A DNA stretch of 64,000 bases from Strigamia acuminata (taxonomy: Eukaryota): positions 19,592,001 through 19,656,000 of the forward strand of contig OX442314.1 in the NCBI GenBank assembly GCA_949358305.1, given 5' to 3'. Each line of letters opens with the position of its first letter. Positions within the stretch are counted from its first letter, which is position 1. The position numbers and the translations under genes are program-made. Under the pieces are notes generated by a model. The model was not told where the DNA came from, ran no database searches, and saw only the letters and a list, made by a program, of their open reading frames with translations. Positions 58,401-64,000 of this stretch are shown here, piece by piece.

Positions 58401-59940
58401 ATGTCGAGCCAGGGCAAGGTCTGCGGTTTGGTGGCCAGGGATCTCTAGGGACGTTGAAAAACGCATTGCCACGTGTACGGAATGCATCAAAGAGTCCACA
58501 AATCCTCACGAACCACTCATGCCAGCGGAATTCCCGAAACGGCCATGGCAAAAAGTTGGCATGGATCTTTTCTATTTGGATCGTCAGTGGTATTTGCTCG
58601 TTGAAGATTACTACTCGCGGTATCCAGAAGTCAAGACGCTGACGTCGCTCAAGGAAAGCGAAGTGATTCTGTTCCTAAAATCGATATTTTCGCGACACGG
58701 TACACCACAAGAGGTGGTCAGCGATAATGGAACGCAATTTGGAACTCTATTAAAATCGGAGTTTTCCATATTCGCGGCGGACTGGAAATTTATCCACACT
58801 ACATCGAGTCCGAAATATCCTCAGAGTAACGGGTTCGCAGAAGCCGGGGTCAAAGTCATCAAGCGGATTTTGAAGAAATCTAGCGACGGCTTTAAAGCAC
58901 TTCAAAGCTATCGTGCGACTCCACTGGCAAACGGATTCTCACCCGCGGAGCTGCTGATGGGGCGGAAAATCAGGACCGAAGTTCCGATCGCTGCAACCCA
59001 ATTGATGCCTAAGACTCCAGATGCGAAACTTCTTCGGGGGAAGGAGGAGAAGAGAATAGCAGACCAAAAGAGGAATTTCGATAAGCGACATCGAGCGAGG
59101 GATCTTCCAGATCTACAACCAGGCGAGAAGGTTTGGATCATCGATTTGAGGCGATCGGGCGTCATCGAGAAGAAGGCGGGACGACCGCGCTCATACATTG
59201 TTAACACCGACAAGCGAACGGTGCAACGCAATCGATTCCACCTCATCCCACTGAAGGACGATTCGGACAAGCCGGACGACATCGATCCAGGGGACAGCCA
59301 AGCAGATGAGTCCAGTGAGGTCGAGGAACCACCAATGGATCAACAGGCACCAGCGACGGCCGAGATTCCAGTTCCGGTTCGACAATCACCAGAGACGAGG
59401 CGAACATCTCCAAGACCAATGGTTACGAGGAGCGGAAGAGCGGTCAACAAGCCAAGTCGGCTCATTGAAGAATGCTAAGAAGTCTTTTCGTTTGTTTCGT
59501 TCCAATTATAACTTTGTAACTGGGAGGGGGATGTGTGATATGTTGTGTATTTATCACGCTAGATGGCGTTCTTGTATTATACTTATGTGTACCATTAAAA
59601 GGTGGCACTAGTTGTTGTTTTCTACACTGTAATGGCGTCCTCATGTTATTTCATCAGCCTCCAGATTTGAGCATCTAACAACACACCGTGGATGTTGCAT
59701 CAACGGCTGATCCGAGCTCGCCGACGCCCGTCCAACCCGCAAGAATTTTACGAAATGGCGTTTGGAGATGACGCCTTATCCCGACTCATCCGAAGTGTGT
59801 GGATACACGTCAACCCCGGCCTTTCGTCAGGGCCGAATACGGGACAACCGTTTATCAATGTCAACGAGAGCGGAAATCCGTTGTCCGACGAGACGGACAT
59901 GATGTCAATAGACTTACCTTCGCCCAAAACACCCGAGTAG
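52496..59940 (+). CDS. ORF3 of the large gypsy element (877 aa reconstructed), split by the Mag-like insertion; not env-like
   Basis: 52496-54879 plus 59691-59940 join in frame (KKRP|W|MLHQ), confirmed by the empty-site copy at 24019; no signal peptide or TM segment visible. Confidence 0.8.
55321..55440 (+). repeat. Two-copy about 68-bp tandem repeat in the Mag 5' UTR
   Basis: CTTACTCATCATTrAGCCCATACTA...ACCAAGAGGAGGAGAAGGAAG occurs twice. Confidence 0.8.
55459..59478 (+). CDS. Gag-Pol polyprotein (1339 aa)
   Basis: Two Zn knuckles, FKADSGAE protease, RT (CVDY, LDANHGFWQ, NVDD), RNase H (ADAS, IEKE, TDH), HHCC and DDE integrase. Confidence 0.95.
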   Translation: MAKVEHSICKPPDEFDFKNAADWPRWIARFELFRSMVDLDTQPGKKQVASLLYHMGDTANDIYTSFKLADPDKHDYAKVKAAFEAKFVTTTNVIYERAMFYNRQQKDGETMDEYITALHTAAKHCKFDALYDEFIRDKIVNGIRDKAMAKKLQLQSNLTLAKAIEMTKQSEQVNSQSKTLLEASSTNKSVDRVDSKKVQRSNFWKRKTERPDDSGKSSKPDGGPKTQPKNASKNSSNCGRCGGGFHPMKDCPATRLTCHKCNRKGHYARVCRSAAVQGVDEATDAYIESVNGVASRQGRWHVSVEIRNARITFKADSGAETTCIPEEVYMDYFSDRKLRKPELNLHNATKGKMETLGMLWEKIEYRGRSKLTAIYVVRGLMQPLLDGDTCEELDIIRRCGVDAVKTEKTPKMSFDPKTAYPKLFSGLGRVEIPYKIRLKPDASPYALMTPRRVPIPLLNEIKANLDKMVLLGVIERVEEPTDWCSGLVLAPKPDGSIRMCVDYVRLNRYVMRETHPMPVTENVLGRLGKAKYFSKLDANHGFWQCQLDAESRLLTTFITPFGRYMFKRLPFGINAAPEFFQKRMSEILEGLEGKQVNVDDILVYGDTIEEHDRRLRAVLQRLLEAGITLNVAKCEFGKTKIKFLGHIIDQAGVHVDDDRIVAIRKMGKPENVSELRSLLGSVNYLGRFIPNLATKAHPLNELLGGKNEFRWGTQQEAAFDAIKEELSKAPTLAWFDPTRETVITADASSYGVGAVLKQKQKDGKFRPIAYASKTLTKCQKNWAQIEKEGYALVWACERFKNFIIGIPVCLETDHKPLVPILMTKELDEITPKLQRMRLRLQRYCYTVKHIPGKELGAADVLSRRPLPDTEEDGDIEQRLESCVTAYVQLITKHLQATDQRLGEIIEVQNRDPICIKLRQFSQHGWPVKDQLPQGLGDFWQYRDEIAIEEDLLMKGSRIVIPAELREFILDKIHTGHLGITKCRARARSAVWWPGISRDVEKRIATCTECIKESTNPHEPLMPAEFPKRPWQKVGMDLFYLDRQWYLLVEDYYSRYPEVKTLTSLKESEVILFLKSIFSRHGTPQEVVSDNGTQFGTLLKSEFSIFAADWKFIHTTSSPKYPQSNGFAEAGVKVIKRILKKSSDGFKALQSYRATPLANGFSPAELLMGRKIRTEVPIAATQLMPKTPDAKLLRGKEEKRIADQKRNFDKRHRARDLPDLQPGEKVWIIDLRRSGVIEKKAGRPRSYIVNTDKRTVQRNRFHLIPLKDDSDKPDDIDPGDSQADESSEVEEPPMDQQAPATAEIPVPVRQSPETRRTSPRPMVTRSGRAVNKPSRLIEEC

Positions 59941-60195
59941 GCCGATTGCGGCCAGAGAACAGAAACAAATATGGTTGTTTCCGAAAATAAGTCTTTTCGA
60001 GAAACGTTTATTTTCATGAATATCCCTTTCATTTAATTATTTAATCACCAATGTTTTCTTTTAATGCATGTATCTATTATTATATAACGAATATTAAAAA
60101 ATATCTATGTCAAATCTGGAAAAAGAAAATTACCTGGTCTTGTTGTAATTAACTAAGAAACAAACAAAAAATTGTAAAAGTTAATTGGGGGGAAG

Positions 60196-61374
60196 TGTTA
60201 CGATCTCAAATGTTCACTTCATTTGTGGAGAGGTTTTTTCTACCACGTTTTTAAGATATTATTTATATTTTAACCATAATCATTAGAATTGTGTTTTTTG
60301 CCGTGCACCTGTTGCGCTTTTGGGCAATTGGCCCAGAAGCTGTAACGGCTGCCCTGGCATTTTGAGCCCTGGATTGGGGCGTTGCTAAGTCAATCCCCAA
60401 ATTTTGCACCGTTGCTAGGGCTGAAGCGTGCCTTGGCACACGCCACGCCTGCGCACTGGCCGTTTTCCGGCCATATTCCGAGTAATAATTCGAATTATTA
60501 CTCACTCTTTGCATCACACTCATACCGTTCACACCGACACAGCTTTGTTCAACCAAAAAACACTGTTTTGTCCGTGACTCGTGAGTTTTGCCAAGTTTCA
60601 ACCCGATTTGTTTGAACCAACGTTCAAACGAATCACTTTCCGAGCCGCGAAGACGACGCACGACGGCCCAAACCACCGTCGTTCCCGCCGCCGCCCGAAG
60701 ACCAACGCGCCCACGCCGTTGAAGATCGACGCCAGCCAGCCGCCGAGGATTGCAGAGCCATCGTCGCCGCTCCTCGACCTGTTGACGACGATTCCAATTC
60801 AGATTGTAGCGGATCTCCAGTCAGGTTTTAACGATCGGCGGTACCCGCCGTTTGACTACTTGTCTCCAACGGAAATCTCCCGTTGCAATCTAGGGTTTAA
60901 CCTAAGATTTCCCGTCTTGTCAGGCTTAACAGCCGACACTCTTTGTGAAGTCTTTCGGCTTCACGCTTCCTTTCTCACTTCGCAGAATTTGCGCGGCGAC
61001 GTGTCGCCATTTCTGCACTGCTTTTTCCCGCCCGAAGGAGTCCCGCGCTGCTTCGAGCACGTCGCCTTCCACGTCGACGATCTTATCCTCATAGAACCCA
61101 TCTTATTAACATTCTCTTCAATAGAACCTGTAATTAACGCTCAATAAATTGATTAACTGTTTGATTTAAAATAACTAAACTAGCCTTTATTCGAGATCAA
61201 ATCCCTAGACACCGACTTAACGGCTAACCCACCCGATAGAAGACCTATAAACGGCATTCAACTGCTTCCACAGGTGAACGCCGGGATCTCTTGCAATTGG
61301 AAAAATCCCATAGTGACTAAATATAAATTTAGTGTTGTTGTGAAAAGTCAATTGGAACCATCAGGAACGCAACA
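60196..61374 (+). repeat. 3' LTR, 1179 bp
   Basis: PPT 60187-60195; followed by TSD AGGT. Confidence 0.95.
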
Positions 61375-61378
61375 AGGT

Positions 61379-61985
61379 GTACATGATATTTTGTTCAAAA
61401 ACTTATGTGATGATTTTCATGGCGTTACTGACATTTCTGAACCATTGAAAATGTTAATTAGACTAACAAGTAAGTCAGAAATAGAAATTAGAAGATTTGG
61501 ACATTGGAATTTATCATACATTTACTGACAATTTAATTTCAGAAATAACTAGATGAATTGAACGCACTGAAAAATCTAAAAAGTCTGAGATTTAACTCGT
61601 GTCATTGTCAAGGTATGATTATGAAGTTATTAGAAATGATAAATCCAATTGAGGTTTTAATAATAGACAATTGTTTTAATATTACTTTGTACATTGTAGT
61701 GTAAAATGCCACACATTCAATTTTCGATGATTTTGTGCAGGTTTGTACAAATCAACCACCATTATGATTATCCCAGTAGGAAATATAATTATGTCAACCG
61801 TTATACAATGTGTTCCACTGCGAAAAATTAGATTTGTTGGAGATTTATTGACCGCCAATGTGTTGTTGGTCACCACCAGGAGCGCTGATGACGTTAACGA
61901 GACAATACGCGTGAGGCGTGACCAACGGATTAAATGTATTGACCATGTATATAAACTGTTTGCATTTTAGTAAAAATCACTTATT
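61379..61985 (+). pseudogene. LRR pseudogene 3' part and its downstream flank
   Basis: Matches about 14304-14615 with indels, then about 15100-15352. Confidence 0.85.
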
Positions 61986-62030
61986 CATTTGAAACCGCTT
62001 GTTACGTGTGCCATTAATAATTACAACAAA

Positions 62031-62940
62031 TGGTCGCAGATCGATGGTTGGATCAACGCACATAAAAGAATCACAATAAGTCACGAGAGGACCACGCCGA
62101 AGAGAAGTACTAGTACCACGCGGTCGCAGAAGAAGTAACAAACGGGAATTTCGAAAAACCGATAGGACGTAAATCGCCGAAAATCGCACTAGACGTAAAG
62201 ATGACGATCACAAAGCTCCACTGAATTGTTGAACAATACCAATTACCTGCTATTACCATCTTTAGAGGGCGGAAATTATGGCGGATGGCCATTACGGCGA
62301 TCGAACTACCACGTAGTAGCCCAGAAGCGGAATATTTCGAAGCCAAAGAGAAAATTTGGGAGGCCTTGGATGACAAAAACGCCGTAGCAATCGAGATTAT
62401 CATCGGCACATTGATGGAAGAGCAGGTACTCAGATACCGGGCCACGAGAAACGCGATGACGCTTTGTAGTAAGATCCAAGACAACGAAGCGACCGACAAC
62501 GCGCAAGGCGCAATTGCAGATGGAATGCAACATGCAGATCACGCACTGCAAAATAGAGAAAGCGGAAACTGTCGACCACTATTTTAATCGGATCGAGGTG
62601 TTGCATCACGAAAGTGGACAGCTGGGCAAAGACATCAACGATGAAAAAGTCCGATTCTGCGACTTATACGGACTGCGACCAGAGTTGGAAGAAACTACTG
62701 TATATTGGCGATAAGTTCGCATGATGCCGAGGCAAATTGACAAGTGAGACGCAGCAAGAGAAAAGGCCAGCGAAGCAAGAGGACCAGATGCGGCCTACGA
62801 GACAAAAAACAAGAGATTCGAGAAGAAAACGAACGTACGGAAATGCTACAATTGCGACATGCCAAGACATGTGGCCGGAGATTGCAAAAACCCGACTGTC
62901 GTGGGACCGGGCATCGCGCAGCTGACTATATACAACTCAA
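62031..62940 (+). mobile_element. Degenerate Copia-like gag relic
   Basis: iMet-like PBS TGGTCGCAGATCGATGGTT at 62031; frameshifted gag fragments; knuckles CYNCDMPRHVAGDC and CRGTGHRAAD. Confidence 0.65.
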
Positions 62941-63331
62941 AAAGGAGGGCAAAAATGGCAGACATAATGCGAAGATCCCAATAAAACTTGCTGCGTTCCT
63001 GGATTTCCAACAAACAAATTAGCAAAAGACAAGTTGCAGGTTGAATGCCGTTTCAGGTCTGCTATCGGATTTGGCCAGTAAATTAATGTCTAGGGGTAAT
63101 TAAATAAAGACACAATATCTAACAAGCAGTTTAAAGTGAATATATAACTTTATTAATGTTAAAATGGATGCAAAAAGGTTATACATTAAGAGTAAGATAT
63201 ATAAACAAAGATGATATAGTAAATTGAACAAAGGAGAAATAAGCCAGTGCTGGAATGGTCCAGTGGCCCGACCCATCCAGGTTTCCCGGTACTAAATTTG
63301 TACCCTGAATGAGCGTTGTTCCGTGTGCGAA

Positions 63332-64000
63332 AATGAAATAAATTTATTTTAAATTGTTTATTCTTTTTCACTGTTTTTTTTTGTACATTGTACATTTTTT
63401 TTTCTTTGTAATAAAATAAAAATGAATTTGATTTCAATTGAGGAAAATCGTTATAATTTTTTATTTTTTTTTTATTTTATATCGTTTTGTTCATTCTATC
63501 AATAAAAAGAAATAAATTGCTAGCAGCTGTTTACAAATTTAATGTATAAAGACATGTGAAAATGGAAATTCAGTTAAGCTACAGGTAAACTTTTAATTGC
63601 CTCGAGTCTGGATTTTTGTCCTCTTTCGTTGCATTTGAAGGAAAAAATTCCCTGTTTTTGGTTGTGTTTTTATTGTTATCTTTATGATTATTTATATTTT
63701 ATAATGTATTTTAGCAACTCTCCTTGCCCTATACATATCATACAAAAGTAATGAGTAGTTTTAGTTGTTTTCTTACATGTGAAAATCGCTCAGTTTGTGG
63801 ACAATCATTGGAAATTAGGTTCGAATGATTTTAATATGGAATTCAACAAAAACTATTTGCTCTTCACTGTACTTACATATGCGTTTACATTTCTGGAATA
63901 TAGGATAGCTTTATTTATTGCGTCTTTGTTGGTAGTGTTTCAATTTTGGCTGTAAAAGTTTTGATTGTTTTGGTTTGAATTTTTTTTCTTCAGTTTTCTT
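63332..64000 (+). repeat. Duplicate of about 21122-21815 (region downstream of TMEM47)
   Basis: Colinear, high similarity with a few indels. Confidence 0.9.

Larger units (their letters stand above)
54880..59685 (+). mobile_element. Intact Mag-like Ty3/gypsy element, 4806 bp
   Basis: 154-bp LTRs 54880-55033 and 59532-59685 (no difference seen); TSD CCGTG; PBS TGGTGGCAGCGG (tRNA-Leu type); PPT GGGAGGGGGA. Confidence 0.94.
22700..61374 (+). mobile_element. Large Ty3/gypsy LTR retrotransposon, three-LTR tandem with nested insertions
   Basis: TGTT...AACA termini; 4-bp TSD AGGT (22696-22699, 61375-61378); removing it restores the LRR pseudogene; PR-RT-RH-IN order. Confidence 0.93.

Noticed and set aside
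52496..59940. Calling ORF3 env
   Set aside because: No signal peptide, TM anchor or fusion-protein pattern visible.

Overview
Eukaryotic, AT-rich genomic DNA with short GT-AG introns, probably from an arthropod (inference). 1-22 kb holds four + strand host genes: a PLEKHG5-like RhoGEF, a BC-box/LRR gene, an ankyrin-SOCS-box gene and a TMEM47-like gene. 22.7-61.4 kb is one 38.7-kb nested insertion (TSD AGGT) in a pseudogene copy of the LRR gene. Its backbone is a young Ty3/gypsy retrotransposon with 1179-bp LTRs, a tRNA-Pro PBS, a -1 gag/pol frameshift and two extra non-env ORFs, arranged as a three-LTR tandem. Its pol is split by an 18.9-kb non-coding composite DNA element containing foldback palindromes, a gag-protease-only Copia and a hAT MITE. 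Its ORF3 is split by an intact Mag-like gypsy element. The window ends with a Copia gag relic and a duplicate of the 21.1-21.8 kb region. All comparisons were made by eye and no database searches were run.
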